A stretch of 64,000 bases of DNA from Macrostomum hystrix (lineage: Eukaryota; Animalia; Platyhelminthes): assembly GCA_950097015.1 (NCBI GenBank), contig CATNEN010000038.1, positions 22,072,001 to 22,136,000 on the forward strand, given 5' to 3'. Each line of letters starts with the position of its first letter. The stretch's first letter is position 1. Of this stretch, positions 1 through 12,099 are shown piece after piece. The translations under genes and the position numbers were made by a program. Under the pieces are notes generated by a model that saw only the letters and a program-made list of their open reading frames with translations, searched no databases and was not told the origin of the DNA.

Positions 1-165
1 ACGTTGGTAAGCAAGTTTTGGCACATTGGTACAAGCTTAGCCACATGTACACACTACGTAGGTAAGCAAGTTTTGGCACATTGGTACAAGCTTAGGCACA
101 TGTACACACTATGTTGGTAAGCAAGTTTTGGCACATTGGTACAAGCTTAGGCACATTTACACACG
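1..165. repeat. 55-bp tandem repeat, ~3 copies, cut by the window start
   Basis: gcaagttttggcacattggtacaagcttag recurs at 11, 66 and 121. Confidence 0.9.
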
Positions 166-1317
166 ATATGTGGGTATAAGCACATTTAGGCTCATTGGTG
201 GGACTAAATTGTTAATTAGCATGAGTGAGATGTGACAACTTTTTACTATAAGTTTTATGAATTTAATAAGCTGAAGTATACAGGTAAGGCAATAACATGT
301 AACATATACCACATATTGGTGTTTATTCTTACTTTAGGACACAAAAATGGAATGTATAGCGCTGTTGATAATAACAATTGTATATACAGTATGGCAAGCA
401 GTAAAGCAGCTCAAACATTCGCCTAATGTCAAGCTAATGTCACGTGTACATAATGACGGCGATTAGTTTCGGCAGACCTGATGTACACGTAGAGATACCG
501 TGCCGATCGCCTTCGCGATGTCCAACGAGATTACATGACTAGACTGTTGAAAGGAAGGATGCAGCTCTAGGGTGCACCAAATATCTAAACTAGTTATTAG
601 GTTTTCTATGTCAGTATAATATAATACGAGCAAGTGCTTCACCCCCTCATTTGGTAGGTAATTTTCTGCATTTTATATCCGAATGGAAATAGAGACAGAT
701 GCTAAACTTGTGTAGGCGCTTTGAGAGGCCATGCATTAGCGGAGGGTATTGTATTCTATTGAATTTTGGCAGGCTCTGTACAATTAGCAATCGAGGCACG
801 AGACAGCGGCCAACCGTGCGACAACACGTGCTCGGCAGTGCAGGTTAACAATGGCTGCAGGGTCAAAAAGCTCGTTTATGCTAGACCCTGAGCAATTCCA
901 ATTATTGCTCACAATTGAATATCACGCAAGATGCGACTCGTTATTTATTAAGTGAATCGTGAGTGGCACACAATTTAGTCTGCACGACAGAACACGCAGG
1001 TTACAGTACTCAAAATCTCGTTGCTTCTCACTGTTTTGCTTCTCGCGTTCTCGCGTGTCGTCCGCTGCACGTGTCAAAAGTTTTCAACAAATTTCATCGC
1101 CAGTGAAGAATAATAGCCAGACTAATGGCTGCAGTTCTGGAGAGATAGGCTGTGCGTTGAGTCATTGACAATATAGTTTCTTTTGCTATTCTAAAATACG
1201 TAAACAACATTTTATGATCACCCTCGAACTTTCCTGGCCTTGTAAGTATGCCAGGAATTTTACTCGACAATACATTACAATGAAGTCCAGATTTATGATG
1301 CAACGGGGATTTCTCGT

Positions 1318-4300
1318 TGGGGAAAGCTCGGCGGGGAAAGCTCGGCGGCGAAAGCTCGGCGGGGAAAGCTCGGTGGGGAAAGTTCGGAGGGGAAAGTTTG
1401 GCGGGGAAAGCTTGGCGGGGAAAGTTTGGTGGGGAAAGCTCGGTGGGGAAAGTTTGGTGGGGAAAGCTCGGTGGGGAAAGTTTGGTGGGGAAAGTTTGGT
1501 GTGGAAAGTTCGGAGGGGAAAGTTTGGCGGGGAAAGCTTGGCGGGGAAAGTTTGGTGGGGAAAGCTCGGTGGAGAAAGTTTGGTGGGGAAAGCTCGGTGG
1601 GGAAAGCTCGGTGGGGAAAGTTTGGTGGGGAAAGCTCGGTGGGGAAAGTTTGGTGGGGAAAGCTCGGTGGGGAAAGTTTGGTGGGGAAAGCTTGGCGGGG
1701 AAAGCTTGGCGGGGAAAGCTCGGCGGGGAAAGCTCGGCGGGGAAAGCTCGGCGGGGAAAGCTTGGTGGGGAAAGTTTGGTGGGGAAAGTTTGGCGGGGAA
1801 AGTTTGGCGGGGAAAGCTCGGTGGGGAAAGTTTGGCGGGGAAAGCTCGACGGGGAAAGCTCGGTGGGGAAAGTTTGGTGGGGAAAGCTCGGCGGGGAAAG
1901 TTTGGCGGGGAAAGCTCGGTGGGGAAAGTTTGGTGGGGAAAGCTTGGTGGGGAAAGTTTGGTGGGGAAAGTTTGGCGGGGAAAGTTTGGCGGGGAAAGCT
2001 CGGTGGGGAAAGTTTGGTGGGGAAAGCTTGGCGGGGAAAGTTTGGTGGGGAAAGCTCGACGGGGAAAGTTTGGCGGGGAAAGCTCGGTGGGGAAAGTTTG
2101 GTGGGGAAAGCTCAGTGGGGAAAGTTTGGCGGGGAAAGCTCGACGGGGAAAGCTCGGTGGGGAAAGTTTGGTGGGGAAAGCTCGGCGGGGAAAGCTCGGC
2201 GGGGAAAGCTCGGCAGGTAAAGCTCGGCGGGGAAAGCTCGGCAGGTAAAGCTCGGTGGGGAAAGTTTGGTGGGGAAAGCTCGGCGGGGAAAGCTTGGCGG
2301 GGAAAGCTCGGCAGGTAAAGCTCGGCGGGGAAAGCTCGGCGGGGAAAGCTCGGCGGGGAAAGCTCGACGAGGAAAGCTCGGCGGGGAAAGCTCGGCGGAG
2401 AAAGCTTGGCGGGGAAAGCTCGGCGGGGAAAGCTTGGCGGGGAAAGCTCGGCAGGTAAAGCTCGGCGGGGAAAGCTCGGCGGGGAAAGCTCGACGAGGAA
2501 AGCTCGGCGGGGAAAGCTCGGCGGAGAAAGCTTGGCGGGGAAAGCTCGGCGGGGAAAGCTCGACGGGGAAAGCTCGGCGGGGAAAGCTCGGCGGGGAAAG
2601 CTCGGCGGGGAAAGCTCGGTGGGGGAAAGTTTGGTGGGGAAAGTTTGGTGGGGAAAGCTCGGCGGGGAAAGTTTGGTGGGGAAAGCTCAGTGGGGAAAGT
2701 TTGGTGGGGAAAGCTTGGCGGGGAAAGCTTGGCGGGGAAAGCTTGACGGGGAAAGCTCGGCGGGGAAAGCTCGACGGGGAAAGCTCGGTGGGGAAAGTTT
2801 GGTGGGGAAAGCTCGGCGGGGAAAGTTTGGCGGGGAAAGCTCGGTGGGGAAAGTTTGGTGGGGAAAGCTTGGATGGGAAAGCTCGGCAGGTAAAGCTCGG
2901 CGGGGAAAGCTCGGCGGGGAAAGCTCGGTGGGGGAAAGTTTGGTGGGGAAAGTTTGGTGGGGAAAGCTCGGCGGGGAAAGTTTGGTGGGGAAAGCTCAGT
3001 GGGGAAAGTTTGGTGGGGAAAGCTTGGCGGGGAAAGTTTGGTGGGGAAAGCTCAGTGGGGAAAGTTTGGTGGGGAAAGCTCGGCGGGGAAAGTTTGGTGG
3101 GGAAAGCTCAGTGGGGAAAGTTTGGTGGGGAAAGCTTGGCGGGGAAAGCTTGGCGGGGAAAGCTTGACGGGGAAAGCTCGGCGGGGAAAGCTCGACGGGG
3201 AAAGCTCGGTGGGGAAAGTTTGGTGGGGAAAGCTCGGCGGGGAAAGTTTGGCGGGGAAAGCTCGGTGGGGAAAGTTTGGTGGGGAAAGCTTGGTGGGGAA
3301 AGCTCGGCAGGTAAAGCTCGGCGGGGAAAGCTCGGCGGGGAAAGCTCGACGAGGAAAGCTCGGCGGGGAAAGCTCGGCGGGGAAAGCTTGGCGGGGAAAG
3401 CTCGGCGGGGAAAGCTCGACGGGGAAAGCTCGGTGGGGGAAAGTTTGGTGGGGAAAGTTTGGTGGGGAAAGCTCGGCGGGGAAAGCTCGGCGGGGAAAGC
3501 TCGGTGGGGGAAAGTTTGGTGGGGAAAGTTTGGTGGGGAAAGCTCGGCGTGGAAAGCTCGGCGGGGAAAGCTCGGTGGGGGAAAGTTTGGCGGGGAAAGC
3601 TCGGCAGGTAAAGCTCGGCGGGGAAAGCTCGGCGGGGAAAGCTCGACGTGGAAAGCTCGGTGGGGAAAGTTTGGTGGGGAAAGCTTGGCGGGGAAAGCTT
3701 GGCGGGGAAAGCTCGACGGGGAAAGCTCGGTGGGGAAAGTTCGGAGGGGAAAGTTTGGCGGGGAAAGCTTGGCGGGGAAAGTTTGGTGGGGAAAGCTTGG
3801 CGGGGAAAGTTTGGTGGGGAAAGCTCGGTGGGGAAAGTTTGGTGGGGAAAGCTCGGTGGGGAAAGCTTGGCGGGGAAAGTTTGGTGGGGAAAGCTCGGTG
3901 GGGAAAGTTTGGTGGGGAAAGCTCGGTGGGGAAAGCTTGGTGGGGAAAGTTTGGTGGGGAAAGCTCGGCGTGGAAAGCTCGGCGGGGAAAGCTCGGTGGG
4001 GGAAAGTTTGGCGGGGAAAGCTCGGCAGGTAAAGCTCGGCGGGGAAAGCTCGGCGGGGAAAGCTCGACGTGGAAAGCTCGGTGGGGAAAGTTTGGTGGGG
4101 AAAGCTTGGCGGGGAAAGCTTGGCGGGGAAAGCTTGACGGGGAAAGCTCGGCGGGGAAAGCTCGACGGGGAAAGCTCGGTGGGGAAAGTTTGGTGGGGAA
4201 AGCTCGGCGGGGAAAGTTTGGCGGGGAAAGCTCGGTGGGGAAAGTTTGGTGGGGAAAGCTTGGTGGGGAAAGCTCGGCAGGTAAAGCTCGGCGGGGAAAG

Positions 4301-7300
4301 CTCGGCGGGGAAAGCTCGACGAGGAAAGCTCGGCGGGGAAAGCTCGGCGGGGAAAGCTTGGCGGGGAAAGCTCGGCGGGGAAAGCTCGACGGGGAAAGCT
4401 CGGTGGGGGAAAGTTTGGTGGGGAAAGTTTGGTGGGGAAAGCTCGGCGGGGAAAGCTCGGCGGGGAAAGCTCGGTGGGGGAAAGTTTGGTGGGGAAAGTT
4501 TGGTGGGGAAAGCTCGGCGTGGAAAGCTCGGCGGGGAAAGCTCGGTGGGGGAAAGTTTGGCGGGGAAAGCTCGGCAGGTAAAGCTCGGCGGGGAAAGCTC
4601 GGCGGGGAAAGCTCGACGTGGAAAGCTCGGTGGGGAAAGTTTGGTGGGGAAAGCTTGGCGGGGAAAGCTTGGCGGGGAAAGCTCGACGGGGAAAGCTCGG
4701 TGGGGAAAGTTCGGAGGGGAAAGTTTGGCGGGGAAAGCTTGGCGGGGAAAGTTTGGTGGGGAAAGCTTGGCGGGGAAAGTTTGGTGGGGAAAGCTCGGTG
4801 GGGAAAGTTTGGTGGGGAAAGCTCGGTGGGGAAAGCTTGGCGGGGAAAGTTTGGTGGGGAAAGCTCGGTGGGGAAAGTTTGGTGGGGAAAGCTCGGTGGG
4901 GAAAGCTTGGTGGGGAAAGTTTGGTGGGGAAAGCTCGGCGTGGAAAGCTCGGCGGGGAAAGCTCGGTGGGGGAAAGTTTGGCGGGGAAAGCTCGGCAGGT
5001 AAAGCTCGGCGGGGAAAGCTCGGCGGGGAAAGCTCGACGTGGAAAGCTCGGTGGGGAAAGTTTGGTGGGGAAAGCTTGGCGGGGAAAGCTTGGCGGGGAA
5101 AGCTCGACGGGGAAAGCTCGGTGGGGAAAGTTCGGAGGGGAAAGTTTGGCGGGGAAAGCTTGGCGGGGAAAGTTTGGTGGGGAAAGCTTGGCGGGGAAAG
5201 TTTGGTGGGGAAAGCTCGGTGGGGAAAGTTTGGTGGGGAAAGCTCGGTGGGGAAAGCTTGGCGGGGAAAGTTTGGTGGGGAAAGCTCGGTGGGGAAAGTT
5301 TGGTGGGGAAAGCTCGGTGGGGAAAGCTTGGTGGGGAAAGTTTGGTGGGGAAAGCTCGGTGGGGAAAGTTTGGTGGGGAAAGCTCGGTGGGGAAAGTTTG
5401 GTGGGGAAAGCTTGGCGGGGAAAGCTTGGCGGGGAAAGCTCGGCGGGGAAAGCTCGGCGGGGAAAGCTCGGCGGGGAAAGCTCCGCGGGAAAAGCTCGGT
5501 GGGGAAAGTTTGGTGGGGAAAGCTCGGCGGGGAAAGTTTGGTGGGGAAAGCTCGGCGGGGAAAGCTCGGCGGGGAAAGCTCGGTGGGGGAAAGTTTGGTG
5601 GGGAAAGCTCGGCGGGGAAAGTTTGGTGGGGAAAGCTCGGCGGGGAAAGCTCGGCGGGGAAAGCTCGGCGTGGAAAGCTCGGTGGGGGAAAGTTTGGTGG
5701 GGAAAGCTTGGCGGGGAAAGCTTGGCGGGGAAAGCTCGGTGGGGGAAAGTTTGGTGGGGAAAGCTTGGCGGGGAAAGCTTGGTGGGGAAAGCTCGACGGG
5801 GAAAGCTCGGTGGGGAAAGTTCGGAGGGGAAAGTTTGGCGGGGAAAGCTTGGCGGGGAAAGTTTGGTGGGGAAAGCTCGGTGGGGAAAGTTTGGTGGGGA
5901 AAGCTCGGTGGGGAAAGCTTGGCGGGGAAAGTTTGGTGGGGAAAGCTCGGTGGGGAAAGTTTGGTGGGGAAAGCTCGGTGGGGAAAGCTTGGTGGGGAAA
6001 GTTTGGTGGGGAAAGCTCGGCGTGGAAAGCTCGGCGGGGAAAGCTCGGTGGGGGAAAGTTTGGCGGGGAAAGCTCGGCAGGTAAAGCTCGGCGGGGAAAG
6101 CTCGGCGGGGAAAGCTCGACGTGGAAAGCTCGGTGGGGAAAGTTTGGTGGGGAAAGCTTGGCGGGGAAAGCTTGGCGGGGAAAGCTCGACGGGGAAAGCT
6201 CGGTGGGGAAAGTTCGGAGGGGAAAGTTTGGCGGGGAAAGCTTGGCGGGGAAAGTTTGGTGGGGAAAGCTTGGCGGGGAAAGTTTGGTGGGGAAAGCTCG
6301 GTGGGGAAAGTTTGGTGGGGAAAGCTCGGTGGGGAAAGCTTGGCGGGGAAAGTTTGGTGGGGAAAGCTCGGTGGGGAAAGTTTGGTGGGGAAAGCTCGGT
6401 GGGGAAAGCTTGGTGGGGAAAGTTTGGTGGGGAAAGCTCGGTGGGGAAAGTTTGGTGGGGAAAGCTCGGTGGGGAAAGTTTGGTGGGGAAAGCTTGGCGG
6501 GGAAAGCTTGGCGGGGAAAGCTCGGCGGGGAAAGCTCGGCGGGGAAAGCTCGGCGGGGAAAGCTCCGCGGGAAAAGCTCGGTGGGGAAAGTTTGGTGGGG
6601 AAAGCTCGGCGGGGAAAGTTTGGTGGGGAAAGCTCGGCGGGGAAAGCTCGGCGGGGAAAGCTCGGTGGGGGAAAGTTTGGTGGGGAAAGCTCGGCGGGGA
6701 AAGTTTGGTGGGGAAAGCTCGGCGGGGAAAGCTCGGCGGGGAAAGCTCGGCGTGGAAAGCTCGGTGGGGGAAAGTTTGGTGGGGAAAGCTTGGCGGGGAA
6801 AGCTTGGCGGGGAAAGCTCGGTGGGGGAAAGTTTGGTGGGGAAAGCTTGGCGGGGAAAGCTTGGTGGGGAAAGCTCGGTGGGGAAAGTTTGGTGGGGAAA
6901 GCTTGGTGGGGAAAGTTTGGTGGGGAAAGCTTGGCGGGGAAAGCTTGGCGGGGAAAGCTCGACGGGGAAAGCTCGGTGGGGAAAGTTTGGTGGGGAAAGC
7001 TCGGTGGGGAAAGTTTGGTGGGGAAAGCTCGGTGGGGAAAGTTTGGTGGGGAAAGCTCGGTGGGGAAAGCTCGGCGGGGAAAGCTCGGCGGGGAAAGTTT
7101 GGCGGGGAAAGCTCGGCGGGGAAAGCTCGGCGGGGAAAGCTCGGTGGGGAAAGCTCGGCGGGGAAACTCGGCGGGGAAAGCTCGGCGGGGAAAGCTCGGC
7201 GGGGAAAGCTCGGTGGGGAAAGCTCGGCGAGGAAAGCTCGGCGGGGAAAGCTCGGCGGGGAAAGCTCGGCGGGGAAAGCTCGGCGGGGAAAGCTCGGCGG

Positions 7301-8292
7301 GGAAAGCTCGGCGGGGAAAGCTCGGCGGGGAAAGCTCGGCGGGGAAAGCTCGGCGGGGAAAGTTTGGCGGGGAAAGCTTGGCGGGGAAAGTTTGGTGGGG
7401 AAAGCTCGGTGGGGAAAGTTTGGTGGGGAAAGCTCGGCGGGGAAAGTTTGGTGGGGAAAGCTCGGCGGGGATAGCTCGGCGGGGAAAGCTCGGTGGGGGA
7501 AAGTTTGGTGGGGAAAGCTCGGCGGGGAAAGTTTGGTGGGGAAAGCTCGGCGGGGAAAGCTCGGCGGGGAAAGCTCGGCGTGGAAAGCTCGGTGGGGGAA
7601 AGTTTGGTGGGGAAAGCTTGGCGGGGAAAGCTTGGCGGGGAAAGCTCGGTGGGGGAAAGTTTGGTGGGGAAAGCTTGGCGGGGAAAGCTTGGTGGGGAAA
7701 GCTCGGTGGGGAAAGTTTGGTGGGGAAAGCTCGGTGGGGAAAGTTTGGTGGGGAAAGCTTGGCGGGGAAAGCTTGGCGGGGAAAGCTCGACGGGGAAAGC
7801 TCGGTGGGGAAAGTTTGGTGGGGAAAGCTCGGTGGGGAAAGTTTGGTGGGGAAAGCTCGGTGGGGAAAGTTTGGTGGGGAAAGCTCGGTGGGGAAAGCTC
7901 GGCGGGGAAAGCTCGGCGGGGAAAGTTTGGCGGGGAAAGCTCGGCGGGGAAAGCTCGGCGGGGAAAGCTCGGTGGGGAAAGCTCGGCGGGGAAACTCGGC
8001 GGGGAAATCTCGGCGGGGAAAGCTCGGCGGGGAAAGCTCGGTGGGGAAAGCTCGGCGAGGAAAGCTCGGCGGGGAAAGCTCGGCGGGGAAAGCTCGGCGG
8101 GGAAAGCTCGGTGGGGAAAGCTCGGCGGGGAAAGCTCGGCGGGGAAAGCTCGGCGGGGAAAGCTCGGCGGGGAAAGCTCGGCGGGGAAAGCTCGGCGGGG
8201 AAAGCTCGGCGGGGAAAGCTCGGCGGGGAAAGCTCGGCGGGGAAAGCTCGGCGGGGAAAGCTCGGCGGGGAAAGCTCGGCGGGGAAAGCTCC
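1318..8292 (+). repeat. G-rich 14-bp satellite, ~500 copies
   Basis: Unit GGGGAAAG(C/T)T(C/T)GG(C/T) is continuous over ~7 kb; it explains all the GKARRGKLGGESS ORFs. Confidence 0.98.
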
Positions 8293-8641
8293 GTCTTAAG
8301 TCTTAAGTTAAGGTCTTAAGGTCTTAAAGAAAGGTCTTAAGTTATATAGGCCAGCGGTGTACACTGGGCAGCCAGTCAACGCACAGCCTTTATGCACATA
8401 GCGCCGGCCTTCCTGGCCGGGGTTGGGGTGGCTGCCGGAGCGCGCACGCGACCGCCACAAGAGTACAATAAAAAATTACGTAATTTAGGAAAAAAAAAAA
8501 AAACGTTTCAGAAAAAAACTTTTTTTAAACGACACGAGATCTTTAAAGAAACTTTCGGTTTTTTAAGGATTTAGAGTTTTAGGGTTTATGTTGAAACTGA
8601 AAATTTCGAACTATTGACGTCGACGACACATTCTACTGTAC

Positions 8642-9997
8642 TTAGCAGCAGAATCCTGATGCTCTGTAGGGCGGCAGAGGTGCCCCAGCTCCCAAAATGT
8701 ACATAGCCTTGTCTCCGTTCACAACGGCGCTAGGATAGTAAATACCGTTCGGGTTGAGGTTGGAGCAACCGTTGAACCACCAGCCGGCGTTGCCGTTCTC
8801 GCCAATTGAACACGAACCATAGGCGCGCATATCATTGTCCTGATCCATTGTGGAGAACTTCATGCCTTTGTGGTAGTCGAGAGGGCCTATGGTTGTGTTG
8901 GAGCTGCCAGGGAGGTAAGATTCGAAATTCATTATGTACTTGGTGCTGGCGTTGCCCACGCTGAAGTTGGTGTACTCGAAGACGTACAGGACGTTCGACC
9001 AGGTGACGGCTTCCACTCGGATGAGTCTGGGAGTGCTGCCAGTCAGTTCGTTGATGGTGCGAAGTCCTGAATGGTGCGTTACTTATTTATTTTCAGTCTT
9101 GAGCTGTCGGACTTTGCAGAGTAATTGCAACTGAACTCACCAATCCAAAAGTCCGACTCATCACTGAATCCCTTTTCATACTCGGTCCAGGTGCGAGCAA
9201 AACTTAGACTGCCTTTGGAGCGCTGCTGAATGACACGGAATCTTCGACTGCCGACCACAGCGTACGTGTCTGCTTGCGAGCAGTTTGGTTAACTTAGCTA
9301 TGATCGTGATTCTTTAACAGTTAGAACTATACCAAGGGGGAATTCCGACCCCCTCATCATTTTTTGTGACAAAGAATTGCACAGACCAATTTTTTGTTGC
9401 GCATCTTCTGAAACAATAATCAAGTCACCAGCTCTTCAGACCAATGAGACCATCAGGATATTCAATGGTTCTGACCGAAGGTAGGATGTTTCCTATCTGC
9501 GCTAGTGTATTTTATACACCCGAAATACACGAATTATAGTACTGTGCATCAGTGCAGCCTTGCCAGGCCTTCAATAACCCGAAGCCTTTGCTGTCGGCAT
9601 CCAGTGGTCCCTGCAGGAGCTGCCAAACAATTGATCAGCTGTCAAGCTTGGACTTTCAGAGCCAAGATCATCAGGACAGACAATGTCCATAGACTATTTG
9701 GGCAATGGACAACGGACAAAAACCATTAGACCATAGACAGTAATTTATCAAACCGAGCACTAAAAACCTTAGACTCGCTCATTTGCAGAAAATACATTTA
9801 TGCACACTTTAGTCGTTTTATGCACTCTTCACTATGTGCAGCGAGACAGATCGGCTTAGAAAGTGTCTTTACTATTCCAAGCCGATCTAATTATTTTAGA
9901 TGGATAGAAATGCTCACCCGATGCTGTAGCTGCAGCTGCGAAGCACAAGCAGATTATCGCTGCGTGAATAGCACTTACGTTGAAAATGAGTTGTCAT
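8642..9997 (-). CDS. Fibrinogen-related domain (FReD; ficolin/angiopoietin-like) protein, probably secreted; possible 3' frameshift
   Basis: Exon 9269-9141 (FRVIQQRSKGSLSFARTWTEYEKGFSDESDFWIG) and exon 9066-8642 (LRTINELT...YHKGMKFSTMDQDND...C...GWWFNGCSNLNPNG) carry FReD hallmark motifs and join through a phase-1 GT-AG intron. A hydrophobic exon at 9959-9918 (IICLCFAAAATAS) looks like a signal peptide. The 5' end is uncertain. Confidence 0.8.
9385..9610 (+). repeat. Dispersed repeat family B, copy 1 (inside a FReD intron)
   Basis: tgttgcgcatcttctgaaacaa..aatcaag..accagc..ttcagacc...attcaa.ggttctg.ccgaagg is shared with 41340-41520 (+) and 41750-41935 (-). Confidence 0.7.
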
Positions 9998-11829
9998 CTG
10001 TCAATTTACTTAGCTTTATTTTGTCTCTGATGCTCTAATTGCTGCTTCTATGCTGGCTCTTCCAAACTCATGAGGCTTAATACTCGTATATTTGCAGAAA
10101 AAGTTTCATGATCAAGCAATTTAGCATCTCTGCAGCTCTGCATCCACACAAACACAACGCAGGCCAAAACGTGTGTTGCGTCGCTCGCGATTTAATGACG
10201 ATGGCACAAACAGAATCGGTCAATAATTTATGCACTTGAATCAGTTTAGGAATGCTTTCTGCAAAAACCGACGCAAAAACGTTTGACGTCTGCTTCTCTA
10301 TAGCTATAGGGGCTATTATAAAATTGACGAGAAAATTTTTTTAACAAGACAATTCTTGCTCATAAAACCGAGTAAGTCTGCCTATCTTGATTGATTGCAT
10401 TAGTCGTAAATGTCCAGTGAGCCAATACTTCGTCAAATAACTGCATTGTCGTCAATTATATACAGTGCGCCAGTACCAAGTAAAGTCTCTGTATGCATTG
10501 TATACTAGTCTCTGTATACTAGGTAAGCCAACAAGCTGCAATCACGGACTACTCAAGTGGTTAGTACCACTATCTACAAGTGGTCCTTGGCTGCAATTGG
10601 TAGTGACTGCAATGTGAATTTATCCAGTGAGTTGTAGAGTCGTATAGCGGTTAGTGGTGGACGTAAAGGCTTCGGCAAACTAACAGCTAGCCAAGTATTA
10701 AATATTCATTATATTTGCGTTGTATGTCGATCGATGTTTGAGAAGTTGAGATGTAAGTGACAAATCAGAGCTGTACGTGGTGATTGTGCACGGTCTTTGC
10801 AAGGACCACTAGGAGTATCTTCTCCTAGTCGTCCTTGGGTCATTGGTTCAAACAGTCGCTACTTCTTGGCTTATTACTTTATAGCTTTTATTTTAGCTTT
10901 TCTTACTTTATACTTCGAATCTCAGCAAAATATAGAGAGTTTGTGTCCATTAAGCTGCAGTAATTTACCTAGTTTTTTAGTTTAAAGTAAACTATTATTT
11001 ATGCGGACTCTTCTTATTAAAATATTACATCGCCAAGGTAGGCCAAGCAGTGATCGCTCAGCAATTAGCAGCGATCTGACAGTGATGAAATTTTTTGTGC
11101 ATCAAAGCCGGAACTTAATAATTTATTAAACCTTACTCTTTTATTTTTTTCTTAAAAATCTATATTTAAATCTAAGGACCATTATTGTAGAGGATTTTGT
11201 ACTTTAAATATAAAAAACTTTTATTTTTGTTTACTTCACAAATGTGTCCCAGTAAAGAAAGTTGTTACATTTTTTAAATTACAACCACATTTTATTAAAA
11301 AAAAAATAAAATAAAAATTATTATTCACAATACAATTATTCAGCCCTTAAGCGTTAGCGGTAGTCGTTGTCTGGTCGTTATTAGACCTATTGGACTGGTG
11401 TAATAAAAACTGATATTTTTATGGCAAGGTTATTCTTGAATTTCTTAGCGCCTGCTAGGCCCCTATATATTGTTTTTATATACGCTGTATATATATCTTG
11501 ACTACACTTGCTTGCTGATGACCAAGTCATGCCAAGTACCAACTGGCAAGCGGCAACTTGGTTAGTAGCACAATCAAAATATGATAGTATAAATGTGCAG
11601 AACTAACAGACTAGTTGTTCAAGTATAATTTGCACTCTTATTAAAAGTATATTATAGGCTATTGGTGAATTTAGTGATAATAGACTGTTATAGACTATAG
11701 ACTATAGGCTATTATAGACTATTATAGATAATGGACTAGATAGACTAATAGACTAGAATAGATATAGATAATAGTGAAATTTTACAATTTTGATTAGCAT
11801 TTTTTATTTGTTTTGATAAATGCTGTTGC

Positions 11830-12099
11830 TATACATGCGCAACACCCGGCCGAACTGGCCGGATGAAACGAGGGCCAAGCAAGGTAAGTCACAAAAACCA
11901 ATCGACCAAGCACAAAAAAATCAAAGGGGGGACCAAGGGACAAAAAAGGAAGGCATGAAGAAAAGGAAAAAAGGAGAGAAAAAGAGAGCAAATGAGACCA
12001 AACTAAGTCGCAAATAGAGCAATGAAACAAACCAAGTCGTAAATAGAGCAAAAACTAAGTCACATGGCCGGCTAAGATTTGGGAGGTTGCGCTTGTATG
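11830..12099 (+). mobile_element. hAT-like MITE, copy 1
   Basis: Near-perfect 14-bp TIRs (tatacatgcgcaac / gttgcgcttgtatg) and a perfect 8-bp TSD GCTGTTGC on both sides; no coding capacity. Confidence 0.88.

Noticed and set aside
1214-8319. Very long ORFs (up to 1552 aa) of GKARRGKLGGESS repeats
   Set aside because: Open in all three + frames only because the 14-bp unit lacks stop codons; no unique domain or gene context.
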